From positions 12,146-76,145 of the forward strand of contig NIVC01003803.1 of NCBI GenBank assembly GCA_002269645.1: DNA of 64,000 bases, given 5' to 3'. Under the pieces are notes generated by a model. It was not told the DNA's origin. It ran no database searches and saw only the letters and a program-made list of their open reading frames with translations. The translations under genes were made by a program, and so were the position numbers. This DNA comes from Macrostomum lignano (Eukaryota). Positions within the stretch are counted from its first letter, which is position 1. Each line of letters starts with the position of its first letter. Below are positions 35,884 through 47,934 of this stretch, one piece after another.

Positions 35884-36860
35884 ATTGGGATCGGGATTTG
35901 AGGTAGCTGGGATCGGGATCTGAGTAGCTGGGATCGGGATCTGGGTAGCTGGGATCGGGATCTGGGTAGCTGGGATCGGGATCTGGGTAGCTGGGATCGG
36001 GATCTGGGTAGTTGAGATCGGGATCTGGGTAGCTGGGATCGGGATCTGGATAGTTGAGATCGGGATCTGGGTAGCTGGGATCGGGATCTGGGTAGTTGAG
36101 ATCGGGATCTGGGTAGCTGGGATCGGGATCTGGATAGTTGGGATTGGGATTGGATTTGAGGTTGTTGGGATCGGGATCTGGGTAGCTGGGATTGGGCTCT
36201 GGGTAGCTGGGATCGGGCTCTGGGTAGCTAAGATAGGGATCTGGGTAGCTGAGTTCGGGATCTGGGTAGCTGTGATCTGGGTTTTTTTGGGCCATTTAGG
36301 GTTTTTTGGATCCCTGAAAACCTCATTGGCAAATGGATTTTTGGCATCAGAGGCCAATCTCGCAACTTCATTTTCCCAATGCCAGTTGCCAATTTCAAAA
36401 ATTGACAATTTCAATAACAAGTCCCAGACAGTCTCATTCCCCTCAATTATACAGTGCATACACGTTTAATGAGCCTTGGAAATATTCATCCTCAAGAATT
36501 TGGCTAGTTGCCAATGAGCAACCAAAAATAGCCATTGGCAACTGGATTTTGAGCCCCAAGGGCACGCTGTTGCCCCCCAGGCTGTGATCGGGATCTGGGT
36601 AGCTGGGATCGGGATCTGGGTAGCTGGGATCGGGATCTGGGTAGCTGGGATCGGGATCTGGGTAGCTGGGATCGGGATCTGGGTAGCTGGGATCGGGATC
36701 TGGGTAGTTGAGATCGGGATCTGGGTAGCTGGGATCGGGATCTGGATAGTTGGGATTGGGATTGGATTTGAGGTTGTTGGGATCGGGATCTGGGTAGCTG
36801 GCTCGGGGATTATGGTAGTTGGGATTGGGATCAGGAATGTGTGGTTGTCGGGATCAGGAT
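35884..36860 (+). repeat. 21-bp minisatellite (TGGGATCGGGATCTGGGTAGC) split by a 304-bp insertion
   Basis: Arrays at 35884-36276 and 36581-36860. Confidence 0.95.
36277..36580. mobile_element. Small insertion element with an 8-bp TSD inside the minisatellite
   Basis: The variant GCTGTGAT occurs only at the two flanks (36269, 36581); CTGGG...CCCAG ends. Confidence 0.7.
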
Positions 36861-36981
36861 CTTTGATCTGAATATCTGTAGTTGTGATGTGGCTAATTAG
36901 TAGGGATCTTTGTAATAGGAATTCGGGACCGGAAGCATGAGTTCCAGACTTTAACTTTAATTTTTGTTAAAAATTCTGCAG

Positions 36982-37475
36982 CTCCGCGGAAAGACGATCA
37001 GCCTTCACAGCGACTGGTTCGCCTCGGCCACCCGACTTCACTACCTACTTGAAGTAGTTCGCCGCGTACTAGAATGCCGAGTTACTGCCGGCGGCAAGGC
37101 AAAGAAAGGCCGCAGATGCGCTATGCACGGCTTGGACGCGCACAAAACGGGCAGGACCAGCTGGAAGGAGCTGTGGGATGTCATGACAACGGAATGCCGT
37201 GCCGAGCTAGGCCTGGTGTCATTCGAGTCGCTGGAAGACACCCTGGACGCTCATCTTGTCAGGCATAAATTCTGTCGCGAGTGTCGGGCCAAAGTTGAAC
37301 GCGCATTCGCCATGATGATTGGCGACGAGGCGCCCGATAACACCTATAAGCCTGCGGTGTTCGCCTTTGTTCGCGTGTGCAAGGAGCGCGGGCATTTGCA
37401 CCTGCTGCCGGACAAAACCGCCACCGACACGCTGTACGAATTGGTGGATAGGGCCGAGCCCGAGCTGCTGCAGAG
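36982..37475 (+). CDS. GGNBP2: GGNBP2 exon 3
   Basis: RCAMHGLDAHK, WKELWDVMTTECR, HKFCRECRAKV, RAEPE; AG|GTGAGT. Confidence 0.92.
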
Positions 37476-37486
37476 GTGAGTAATCA

Positions 37487-38210
37487 GGTGTCTTTTGTTG
37501 TGTCTCATAGTCTGTTCGAATGTGTCTTTTGTTGTGTCTCATAGTCTGTTCGAATGTGTCTTTTGTTGTGTCTCATAGTCTGTTCAGATGTGTCTTGTTG
37601 TGTCTCATAGTCTGTTCAGATGTGTCTTGTTGTGTCTCATAGTCTGTTCAGATGTGTCTATTGTTGTGTCTCATAGTCTGTTCAGATGTGTCTTGTTGTG
37701 TCTCATAGTCTGTTCAGATGTGTCTTGTTGTGTCTCATAGTCTGTTCAGATGTGTCTATTGTTGTGTCTCATAGTCTGTTCAGATGTGTCTTGTTGTGTC
37801 TCATAGTCTGTTCAGATGTGTCTTGTTGTGTCTCATAGTCTGTTCAGATGTGTCTATTGTTGTGTCTCATAGTCTGTTCAGATGTGTCTTGTTGTGTCTC
37901 ATAGTCTGTTCAGATGTGTCTTGTTGTGTCTCATAGTCTGTTCAGATGTGTCTTGTTGTGTCTCATAGTCTGTTCAGATGTGTCTATTGTTGTGTCTCAT
38001 AGTCTGTTCAGATGTGTCTTGTTGTGTCTCATAGTCTGTTCAGATGTGTCTTGTTGTGTCTCATAGTCTGTTCAGATGTGTCTTGTTGTGTCTCATAGTC
38101 TGTTCAGATGTGTCTTGTTGTGTCTCATAGTCTGTTCAGATGTGTCTTGTTGTGTCTCATAGTCTGTTCAGATGTGTCTTGTTGTGTCTCATAGTCTGTT
38201 CAGATGTCTT
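37487..38210 (+). repeat. 32/34-bp minisatellite (GTGTCTTGTTGTGTCTCATAGTCTGTTCAGAT), GGNBP2 intron 3
   Basis: About 22 units. Confidence 0.96.
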
Positions 38211-38738
38211 TTACGCTCGTAGTGTGTCCTTCCTTAGTCTTTTCACAGGTGTCTTTTGTTGTGTCTCATAGTCTGTTTAGATGTGTCTCTTGGTGTGTCC
38301 GTTAGTCTGGTCAGATGCGCCTTTTAGTTTGTCTATTAGGCCTTTCAGATGTGTCTTAAGGTGTGTCCATTGATCTTCTAACATGTCTCTGTATATCTGT
38401 TATTACATTCAGCTCTTTTTGAGTGAAGTGTGCCTTCACGTAAATGTGTTTATTAAACTTTGGCCTTGGTTACAGCTATTGTTGCATTCATGAGTCTTGG
38501 GTGGTGGGTGGTGCTGTGTCTGGCTGTGTCCGCCCAATTATCTTTAAGCATGTCTTCAGTTGTGTCCATTAGTCACCATGTGTGTCTGTTGTTCTTTTTA
38601 TGTGTCTCTGGGCATGTCAATATCTCTATTCAACAAGGGCAAGCGTAACCATATCAGGCCTCTATTCCAGAGCCTGCGAATTCCCTTTGACCTTATTACC
38701 TACTGATGTGCCGCTCAATGTAGCTCCAACAATTGCAG

Positions 38739-39117
38739 CAATCCGCGCGAACGCCATGCGCAAACAATGGACGCGGCGCAAGAAGAAGTGCTCACCTGCA
38801 TCGGATTGCACCTGTACAACCGGCTGACTCACCTGGCTCACACGCTCCGGTCAGATGAACAGACCTGGCTGCTGTCTCTGCTGCTTTGCCTTGAACAGCT
38901 CCGCCAGGGTTTGGAATCAGCCGTAGAAAAGAAGCGCGGCTACTCCTCTTTGGACCTGTTCTACTGGCAGCTGGAGCGCGAGGAGAAGGTGGCCGAGCAG
39001 CGGCGCGAAGCTAAACGAGAGAAGCGTCGCCAGAAACGGCAGAATAAACGGGCAGCGGTTGGCAACGGCGCCACTGATGGAGACGGGGCCGACACTGCTA
39101 CTGACTCTGTTGTGACG
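38739..39117 (+). CDS. GGNBP2: GGNBP2 exon 4
   Basis: RERHAQTMDAAQEEVLTCIGLHLYNRL...EKRRQKR; phase fits exon 3; donor ACG|GTAGTT. Confidence 0.9.
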
Positions 39118-39159
39118 GTAGTTACTGTTGCACTTGATGCTTTGACCTCCCAGACCATA

Positions 39160-39685
39160 TTTGTAGCTGGTGCCCCTCTGTAGCTGGTGCCCCTCTGTAG
39201 CTGGTGCCCCTCTGTAGCTGGCGCCCCTCTGTAGCTGGTGCCCCTCTGTAGCTGGTGCCCCTCTGTAGCTGGCGCCCCTCTGTAGCTGGTGCCCCTCTGT
39301 AGCTGGTGCCCCTCTGTAGCTGGTGCCCCTCTGTAGCTGGCGCCCTTCTGTAGCTGGCGCCTCCTCTGTAGCTGGCGCCTCCTCTGTAGCTGGTGCCCCT
39401 CTGTAGCTGTCGCATCTTTGTAGCTAGCGCCCCCTCTATCTAGCGGCCCCCTGTAGCTGGCGCCATTCTCTGTAGCTAGCGGCCCCTGTAGCTGGCGCCA
39501 TTCTCTGTAGTTAGCGTCCCCTCTGTAGCTGGCGCCATTCTCTGTAGCTAGCGGCCCCCTGTAGCTGGCGCCATTCTCTGTAGTTAGCGTCCCCTCTGTA
39601 GCTGGCGCCCCTCTGTAGCTGGCGCCCCCTCTGTAGCTAGCGGCCCCCTGTAGCTGGCGCCATTCTCTGTAGTTAGCGTCCTAGC
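39160..39685 (+). repeat. 17-bp minisatellite (GTAGCTGGTGCCCCTCT), GGNBP2 intron 4
   Basis: Direct reading. Confidence 0.95.
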
Positions 39686-39836
39686 CGTAGTTGGTTCCCG
39701 TTTTTTAAAGTGCATCTCTTCTTTCCTTTAGTTCGTAGTTCCTTTAAACGAGTAAGTCAGCATTTCGACTGTCGTGAAAAGCGTACGCTATAAGACTTAT
39801 CATTATATACCTTACCGTAGATTTTTTAGCTGTTGG

Positions 39837-39898
39837 GTAAACGGCTGGAGTAACTATAGTAGTATTTTAGCATAAAATTCCTCGTCATCTAATTACAG
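39837..39898 (+). repeat. 28S rRNA-derived fragment, copy C, ending at the GGNBP2 exon-5 acceptor
   Basis: GTAAACGGCTGGAGTAACTAT-N17-AAATTCCTCGTCATCTAATTACAG. Confidence 0.8.
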
Positions 39899-40303
39899 AT
39901 TGCTCCAGTGACGCAACACTTGACTGGGGATAGCGAGACAACATCAGCTACTAATTGTGACAACAAGGTTGATGAACAGTCAGCACCCACTAGTCAGCAG
40001 CAGCCACCACCGAGGCCTTCCGATCATTCGCCTCGATCCTCTGGCGGCAGCAACGGCGGCGGCAACTGCGGCGCGGCTTCTTCGGCCTCTTCGTCGTCCT
40101 GTTCGACAAGCCACAATAGCAGCGGTTTCAGTGAGACTGAGGAGTGCTCAGCGACTGGCGGACGCAGCGTTGGCGGTTCAGTTCGTCGTCAGCGTACGAC
40201 AGGCAATCAGACACAAAGACAGCAGCAGAAGCCGTCGTCTATGGAAAGCGTAGCGAACGGTGCGCAAACAACTCAGTGCGATCGGCAGCGTCCGCTATCG
40301 TCT
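39899..40303 (+). CDS. GGNBP2: GGNBP2 exon 5 (Ser/Gly-rich)
   Basis: ctaattacag| acceptor; TCT|GTAAGT donor; 405 nt, phase 0. Confidence 0.75.
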
Positions 40304-40609
40304 GTAAGTCTGGGGCGTGTGTTATTGCGTCATTTTTTAAATTGTAATTTAGTAATCTAGCTTATTGGTCGGGTCAGGACTAATAATGTACTTTTGAAGG
40401 TCACGTCTGATGACGTCATTCTAAGAGTCGCAATTGACGATGCCATTCTCAAGGTCACGATTGATGATGTCATTCTTTAGCTCAAGACATTATTAGATTA
40501 CTACTGATTATGTCATTCTCAAGGTCACAAATGATGACGTCATTCTCAAAGACTCTGGACACATGATTTTTAAAATCAGTGTGATTTGTTTTATCTGTTG
40601 ACATTTCAG

Positions 40610-41068
40610 TCCCGGCAAGACCATCAGCAGCAGCCGAGGCCTAATCGAAAATCTGCAAAGCAGACGCAGCCACAGCAACAGCGAAAGCAACCACAGCAGA
40701 AGCAGCAGCAACAACAGCAGCAGCAGCAACACTGCAGCAATGGATGCTCTACTACTGCTAGTAAGCGCAACAGCAACAACAACAGCAGCCATAACAGCAG
40801 CAGTCATCCAGGTTGCTATCGCGGCGCAGATGACAGCGGATGCGATGAGCCTTGCACTTCTCAGCTCCTGCACCACCTGGGCTCCACTGTAGGTAGCGGA
40901 GGCGGTGGCAGTGGCGGAGGCGGCGGCGGTATTCCGGAAGACGTGGTCGAAGACTTTCTGAAGCACCGGTTGGAAATTGGGAAGCAACGCGAGGAGCTTC
41001 GTCGACGGCTTCGCCAGCAGTGGGCCGAGAAAGTCAACAGCGGGTCGCTGCCGCAGGCGCAGCAGTAG
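40610..41068 (+). CDS. GGNBP2: GGNBP2 terminal exon
   Basis: atttcag|TCC; polyQ; C-terminal IPEDVVEDFLKHR...QREELRRRLRQQW helix as in the GGNBP2 tail. Confidence 0.85.
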   Translation, partial: SRQDHQQQPRPNRKSAKQTQPQQQRKQPQQKQQQQQQQQQHCSNGCSTTASKRNSNNNSSHNSSSHPGCYRGADDSGCDEPCTSQLLHHLGSTVGSGGGGSGGGGGGIPEDVVEDFLKHRLEIGKQREELRRRLRQQWAEKVNSGSLPQAQQ

Positions 41069-42183
41069 CTGGGCCTGGACTGGATGGATTAATTATTATT
41101 ATTACTATTATTTACTATTAATTATGCCACTATAAATTGTTTGTCGGAGTCGCGAAATTAATAAATTTATTTAATGATTTAATCTATTATATTATGCCTA
41201 TGGTCGTATGACCTTACAAAGGCATTACCTACGTTACTACATAGAATTTATAAGCTGGCACAGATCAAAATACGTCTACTGTGAGATACAGGTATTAACT
41301 ATGAAATTTGATTGCCAATGACCCTAATTAGAATCTACTACACAATGAATACAATAATTTCATTACACTACAGCAATTCTGAACTATTTAATAAGCCTGT
41401 CCGTTTTTGGGTTGTTGCCTTTTCCCATCCAATCCCCATATTTTGCGCGGTGTTTGGTACTAATAGTAGCTGTTATGTAGTAGCATTGTCCGGTCCTATA
41501 TGTCCTCTAATTCGGGTGTAGAGTTGTTGCGGAACCAAATATACTCGCTATTTAAAATAATTAACGAATAAGTTCAAGCAAAGCAAAATAAATCGATTAT
41601 ATTTAAATTCCCTATTCAATCGTTATTTTAAAATTGAAAAAAAAATTCTTAATTTTTTTGTTTCTTCTTTAGTTAGTTAGAAGTTTTTTAGTTAATTGTT
41701 ATAAAACTGTTATTTATTTGTTTTTTTATATTTCAATGTATGAGTTGAATATTGCAAAATCTGTTTGCAATATTCGCAAACCACCCATAGATTTCGGAAA
41801 TGTCTATGGTGGAAGTCAAGTCTGTTCCAATTTGCTAGAAGATAACTAAACAAACAGTTTGGCCATAACTAACCTAACTCAGGTTTCTCTGATTTTCATT
41901 GAAAGTAACTTGTCAATCAGAAGCGGTTTCTGCCATAGACTGGGAATACCCGATCCAGACAATTTAGCCTAGGAATCAGAGAAAAACTACCTTAGTGTAT
42001 GAACTCTACACTCCATTAGATTGTCCCATAGAAGTTCTTTGTGTAGTTTGAATTGAAATTGAATTTGCTCAAAAGTGAACTGAATGTAAATATGTAAATT
42101 GAAACAAAGTTCCTTTCTTATATAGACTAAACTGTCTGTATTATGTAATCTATTCCCAGTCGGCAAAGGCACGGTCAGCAAGG

Positions 42184-42320
42184 ATTTCATTCCACGAGTT
42201 TCCGAATCGAGGCGACCTGCTAGATGGAAAAATGGTTAAAGAGCATTTCCCGAGAAGCAACTTTCAAGCCAACGAAGCATAGAATTTGCTCTCTTCACTT
42301 CACGGAATCCTTCTTTTTGA
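42184..42320 (+). pseudogene. Frameshifted THAP zinc-finger relic (P-element/THAP9-like transposase remnant)
   Basis: ISFHEFPN (one frame) then EKWLKSISREATFKPTKHRICSLHF (next frame): the FP...W...P...CS.HF THAP signature. Confidence 0.7.
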
Positions 42321-42994
42321 ATACTCTGTGTGTTTACGTCCCACGCTTGCGATCTCTAATCTTGGCCTCATCTTGTATAGCTGATATTTCAGTTGTCATT
42401 CCAGTTGCTAGATTTAGAATTCCTTGACGATGGCGCCCTTTTTGCAAGTTCAAAATATCGAAATGGAATCGATTTTAATGAAAACCAGAGAACTGTGCGA
42501 ATCCATCAACTGAAGCGTTCGCAGCAGCTGATGTCTGTGGCCCAAACCCCGGGGTTTTCCATGAGAGGTACATGTATTTATTGACTGACCATTGTCGCTA
42601 ACTCGATAGCTGAAACAACCGCGCCCTTTTGCCTTGCGGCTATTGGCATACTTGCGGGATCTGCTCCAGACACAGGAACTGGGATTACCTGCTAATTCCT
42701 TGATTCGGCTGATACCAGATTCTTGCCATGAGAATTCTGCGACAGCGCGACAGACTCTGACATTTGCCGCATCTCGGCATTTCGTTTGGAAAGGCTATAG
42801 AATTGCAAATCTAGCGGGCGATCTTTTTGAGCGGGCTCCATTCTAAAATTCGATTTGCTATTTGGATTTGGATTGCTCCTTTTCTTTCTTATGGTTACAT
42901 GTCCTACAGTTAGCTTGTACGAAAAGAGTTGTCTATATGGGTGACGGCCATCCAGTGCAGCATGTAAGAAACGCAGCTGTCTATGAAATATATA

Positions 42995-43580
42995 CTGTCC
43001 GTCAAAAGTTCCGGAACCCTTGCTACAATGACTTCTAGCGGACATAATTTCAGTCCGTTTCAATTGTAACTTGATTCAAATGAAAGCTGCGGATCTCAGC
43101 TCCATGATGTGGTCAAGAAAAAGTTTATTCGAAGGAGCGCGTGTGAACAGGCCAGTGTTATGTACATAAAGGTTAGAGAAAAAAGTGAGGAAAAGACAAA
43201 CAAGCAATTGTCTATGGTTGCTGAGTCTATGGAGCAAACACACATGGGAAGGAATCGGTTTGCGCGCAGTGTTCAGCCTGGCTAACATTAGTCTATGGCC
43301 AAAACTTGTGTTGAAATCAACAGGCTCTTATGGATTCTTGTGCAGTCAGCTTTCATGGGAGAGTCAATTGCTTGTTTGTCTTTTCCTTACTTTTTTCTCT
43401 AACCTTTATGTACATAACACTGGCCTGTTCACACGCGCTCCTTCGAATAAACTTTTTCTTGACCACATCATGGAGCTGAGATCCGCAGCTTTCATTTGAA
43501 TCAAGTTACAATTGAAACGGACTGAAATTATGTCCGCTAGAAGACATCGTAGCAAGGGTTCCGGAACTTTTGACGGACAG
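42995..43580. mobile_element. Tc1/mariner-type foldback MITE, 586 bp, with 216-bp inverted arms
   Basis: Arms 42995-43210 and 43365-43580 nearly perfectly complementary; TA on both flanks; termini CTGTCCGTCAAAAGTTCCGGAAC. Confidence 0.9.
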
Positions 43581-44067
43581 TATACTATTGAGGCACGCAT
43601 GAGCGCACGAGTGCCATAGAATTTTATCACAAGGCATCACAGAACCAGAATCTGTGCGCGGTGTAACACCTACAGTTTGGCGGCCTGCGATCTTAGGCTG
43701 TATTATCACCTAGGCGATAGAGTGACTATATATCGTTCTTACCCCGAATAATCTGAAATTAACAGATAATATATTGATATGGTCTCTGCAACAGCATATA
43801 CCGTATGTGAACGAGTAATTCATACACTGCCATAGCCAGTTTTTAAATAAGACGATGTGCACGGACGCAGAACGTAATTTACAGTAATACGTTATTTACT
43901 AGTACTGTAAGTAATGCTTTCGCTATAGCTAAGTAGATGTATGAATTGCAGTAAATATACCATTATTAAAGTTAAATAAAATTAACAGACAGAGCTCTAG
44001 CCCAAAGGCCAAATCTGAAGAAGGAACATATTCTTTGGATTCAATAATCTGGTACTGAACGGAGGAG

Positions 44068-44490
44068 CGGAGAGACAGATTAAGGGGCTGAGGGAGGAGC
44101 AGAGGAGCGGAGAGGCAGATTCAGGGACTGAGGGAGGAGCGGAGAGGCAGATTCAGGGGCTGATGGAGGGGCGGAGAGGCAGATTCAGGGGCTGATGGAG
44201 GAGCGGAGGAGCGGAGAGGCAGATTCAGGGGCTGAAGGAGGAGCGGAGAGGCAGATTCAGGGACTGAGGGAGGAGCGGAGAGGCAGATTCAGGGGCTGAG
44301 GGAGGAGCGGAGAGGCAGATTCAGGGGCTGAGGGAGGAGCGGAGAGGCAGATTCAGGGACTGAGGGAGGAGCGGAGAGGCAGATTCAGGGACTGAGGGAG
44401 GAGCGGAGAGGCAGATTCAGGGACTGAGGGAGGAGCGGAGAGGCAGATTCAGGGGCTGAGGGAGGAGCGGAGAGGCAGACTCAGGGACTG
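44068..44490 (+). repeat. 32-bp minisatellite (GAGCGGAGAGGCAGATTCAGGGGCTGAGGGAG)
   Basis: About 13 units; inverted copy at 46045-46265. Confidence 0.95.
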
Positions 44491-45029
44491 AGGGACGGGT
44501 TCAAATAAAAGTGCAAAAAAAGAAAACCAAATGACACAATTGACGACAATCTTAGCTTGAGGCATTGAGCAGCTATCTGATGCGTTTGTATCAAGTTAAA
44601 CAAATGTATTAATGAGTGGCGCGCAGAGCCGGTGGGTGTGCATCGCAGATGTGTCGAATACGCGACAGTAATATTAGTGAAGAGATTGGTTGTACTTTTA
44701 CAGGGCACAAACTGCTGCACACAATTTGAGAAAGCAAAGAAGAGTAATTAGCATTTTAAAAAAGAAGAAACACACCGCAAAGTGAGCAGACTGCTATAGG
44801 GGTAATTTGAATCATCATAGCAAAGCAAATATTTGTGTGGTGGTTTTGATCGCGAGGAATACTGCAAGAGCGTGGCGGCGTGGGAGCCAAATCCCAGACA
44901 GCATAGAAATCCGATAAAAAATAAGCAAAATAGTAAAAAGCAGTAACTTCAGCTGACTGGACACCAGCTCTGAAGATATTTTCTACACAGTAAACTGGCT
45001 TTTCAACATCAGACAGTTCTATCAAAACC

Positions 45030-45490
45030 AACTGATGCACTCAAGTGGGGCTTAATCTGAACTGCTAATCCCACTGATGCACTCAAGTGGGGCTTAATCT
45101 GAACTGCTAATCCCACTGATGCACTCAAGTGGGGATTACTCTGAACTGCTAATCCCACTGATGCACTCAAGTGGGGCTTAATCTGAACTGCTAATCCCAC
45201 TGATGCACTCAAGTGGGGATTAATCTGAACTGCTAATCCCACTGATGCACTCAAGTGGGGATTAATCTGAACTGCTAATCCCACTGATGCACTCAAGTGG
45301 GGATTACTCTGAACTGCTAATCCCACTGATGCACTCAAGTGGGGATTACTCTGAACTGCTAATCCCACTGATGCACTCAAGTGGAGATTAATCTGAACTG
45401 CTAATCCCACTGATGCACTCAAGTGGGGATTACTCTGAACTGCTAATCCCACTGATGTACTCAGGGGGGTTAACATAACCTGCTAATCCT
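45030..45490 (+). repeat. 42-bp minisatellite (CCACTGATGCACTCAAGTGGGGATTAATCTGAACTGCTAATC)
   Basis: About 11 units. Confidence 0.95.
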
Positions 45491-46044
45491 AGCACGGAAA
45501 CTCCATGGCTCAGTAACCAGTTATGTTTCCATATGTTTCCACTTTTTTTTAAAATCAGAATGCTTATAGTGTATGTGTGGCTTAGTTATAACACGTATAG
45601 ACATTGCGTCACCCATGTACAATTATATATGCAGAAGCATTTGTAATATTTAAAAAAGGTCACAAATAGACAAAAAGTTGAAATTCTGTCATAAAACACG
45701 TTATCCACGAACACAAGAGTAACGGGAAACAACACAGCCAGTTTGTTTATACTAGAGTTATTGTTTTTTATCAGTTTAAATAAATAATTATTAGTATTGC
45801 TACTAAGCTTAGAACAGTATCTTAACTTTGCTTTCACAAATCTATAAAACAAATAAAAAGCAACAGATTTCATGGACTAAGCTTAGAAACTCGACGAAAA
45901 CAAACAGTAAAAGAGGAGTTCAAGCAAAACATTTTTATTTGCCTTTAGTTGCTAACGCAACAGAAAACACAAACTTAAAGACAAATGGGTCAAGAAGTTC
46001 TGAAATCTTTATTTTAGACAGCTCAGTTCTCAAATCTGCCTTCT

Positions 46045-46265
46045 GGATCCTACCTCAGTCCCTGAATCTGCCTCTCCACTCCTCCCTCAGTCCCTGAATC
46101 TGCCTCTCCACTCCTCCCTCAGCCCCTGAATCTGCCTCTCCGCTCCTCCCTCAGCCCCTGAATCTGCATCTCCGCTCCTCCCTCAGTCCCTGAATCTGCC
46201 TCTCCGCTCCTCCCTCAGCCCCTGAATCTGCCTCTCCGCTCCTCCCTCAGTCCCTGAATCTGCCT
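46045..46265 (-). repeat. Inverted copy of the 32-bp array at 44068-44490
   Basis: CTCCCTCAGCCCCTGAATCTGCCTCTCCGCTC units. Confidence 0.93.
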
Positions 46266-46937
46266 GTCTGCCTCTGATCCGGTTTTCTGATTTCAGAACT
46301 CCATGATTGGAAATCTGTAACTAGATTAATTTTGATACATATAGGTTTAGTTTATTCATTTAATCTTAATAAGACTAAATTTGAAAAGACAATCGGTAAA
46401 ACACAGTGACTTTGATGAAACAATAAAACAATGAGACGTACATATCGATAATATATATATTTATCCTCATAAATACTCCTAAGCATTTCAGACAAATAGT
46501 ACACAAAAGGGTAACATACACAAACGGAAACATGATTTGAAAAAAATGAGGGTTGGCTTTTATTTCAGTATCTGAATAGAAGTGCTAAACATTTTAGTTT
46601 TTGATCAAGAAATTGTCCGGCAAGTTGACAATTCAGCCACAGATATATATCATCACTAAAAGAAAGGTGCCAGCAGCAACCTCTATGTCTATGGGCAAAT
46701 CCAAATCTACTGCTGGCCAAATGGCAATTCCCAACTTGGTTGGCTCATCTATCAACCTGGCTGACAAAAAATAAACTTCCTCATCGAACTTAACACTGAT
46801 TGGCGTTCAGTCCCATAGACTATGGAAAATTAGGAAGATGGCGTTAAATAGAATTTTACCATAGACAAAGTCGGCCTATAAAAATGCATTTAAAGAGAAA
46901 AGAAGATAAGAGATGTTAGCAGACTATTAGAGGGGAG

Positions 46938-47125
46938 GGGGCGTAGCCCAGTGGTCAAGCGCGGCGCTTTTACGTGCCAGCGGCCCAGGCTCGATTCCAA
47001 GTGCAGTCGCATTAATTTTGCGGCTAAATTGGAATCTCAGCTTGGCTCTGCTCGTGAAATTAACGCCCCTGAGGGCCAAGCCCCTAGGCACAGTGAAGTG
47101 TACATGCCTAACGATAAATAAAGTT
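46938..47125 (+). mobile_element. tRNA-derived SINE
   Basis: A box TAGCCCAGTGG and B box GGCTCGATTCC with a broken cloverleaf, a non-tRNA body and an A-rich end. Confidence 0.7.
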
Positions 47126-47523
47126 AGGGCCGCTGTACACTCCTGTGTGAGTGTGTGCCTGTGCGTATGACTGCGTACGTATCCGCGCGCTTGTGTGCCT
47201 GCTCAGGGGAGTCGGCGGAATGGGCAGCAATGCCTCTCCGCCGGTTGTGTGACAATAGGTGCACACAGCCATAGACAACACACACATTTCTGACTGAAAG
47301 ACAAGCAAGCCTATAATTGAACAATTAAACTAGTCAGAAAGTTGCTCATTGTCTATGGCCGAACCTATCTCTGTCCTCACTTACAGCGGCCCTGACTTTT
47401 GGAGCCTGACATCACCCCACCGCCTGGAAACTCAACTAACTAACAGATTAACAAAACCAGCAGGCGCACAAATTGAAACAGCGCGAACTCATTGCAATAG
47501 ACTTGACAAATAGCAAAACTCAC

Positions 47524-47870
47524 TCAGCAATTAAGCAAATTCTGATTGGCACGATCAGTTTCGGCTTCAACAAAATCGTCAATTAAAGATGGCCAAGCCT
47601 CGTTATGATCGTAAGCTGATAAGTCGCTTCCGCAGGTGTCAATAAAGGTCAAAAACATGTTCCAGGTGTCTCTGCTGACGCCTTTGACGCCCGAGGCACC
47701 AGATTGCAGCCAGGTTAGCCAGGCGCCTAAGAGAGGCGGTACGCCCGACGGTCGGGCCTCGAATACAAGCGCCCACAGGTCCGTGGCCATGGGCAGCTGA
47801 AGGGTGCGTTGGCCGCTCTCCAAGCCAAAATCGAAGGCCCAACGGTAGAGATCCTTGAAGGCGACGTCTA
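47524..47870 (-). CDS. DCUN1D3: DCN1-like terminal exon
   Basis: FKDLYRWAFDFGLESGQR...KGVSRDTWNMFL...YDHNEAWPSLIDDFVE; NAGNAG acceptor CAGTAG. Confidence 0.9.
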
Positions 47871-47934
47871 CTGAAGGTGAAAGAAAGACTTGATGAGCTC
47901 AGTGCTATGAACCTTTGTTTGTGGGATTCTAATA

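Noticed and set aside
46938-47010. Functional tRNA gene
   Set aside because: Acceptor and T stems do not pair, the anticodon loop is irregular, and the sequence continues into a SINE-like body
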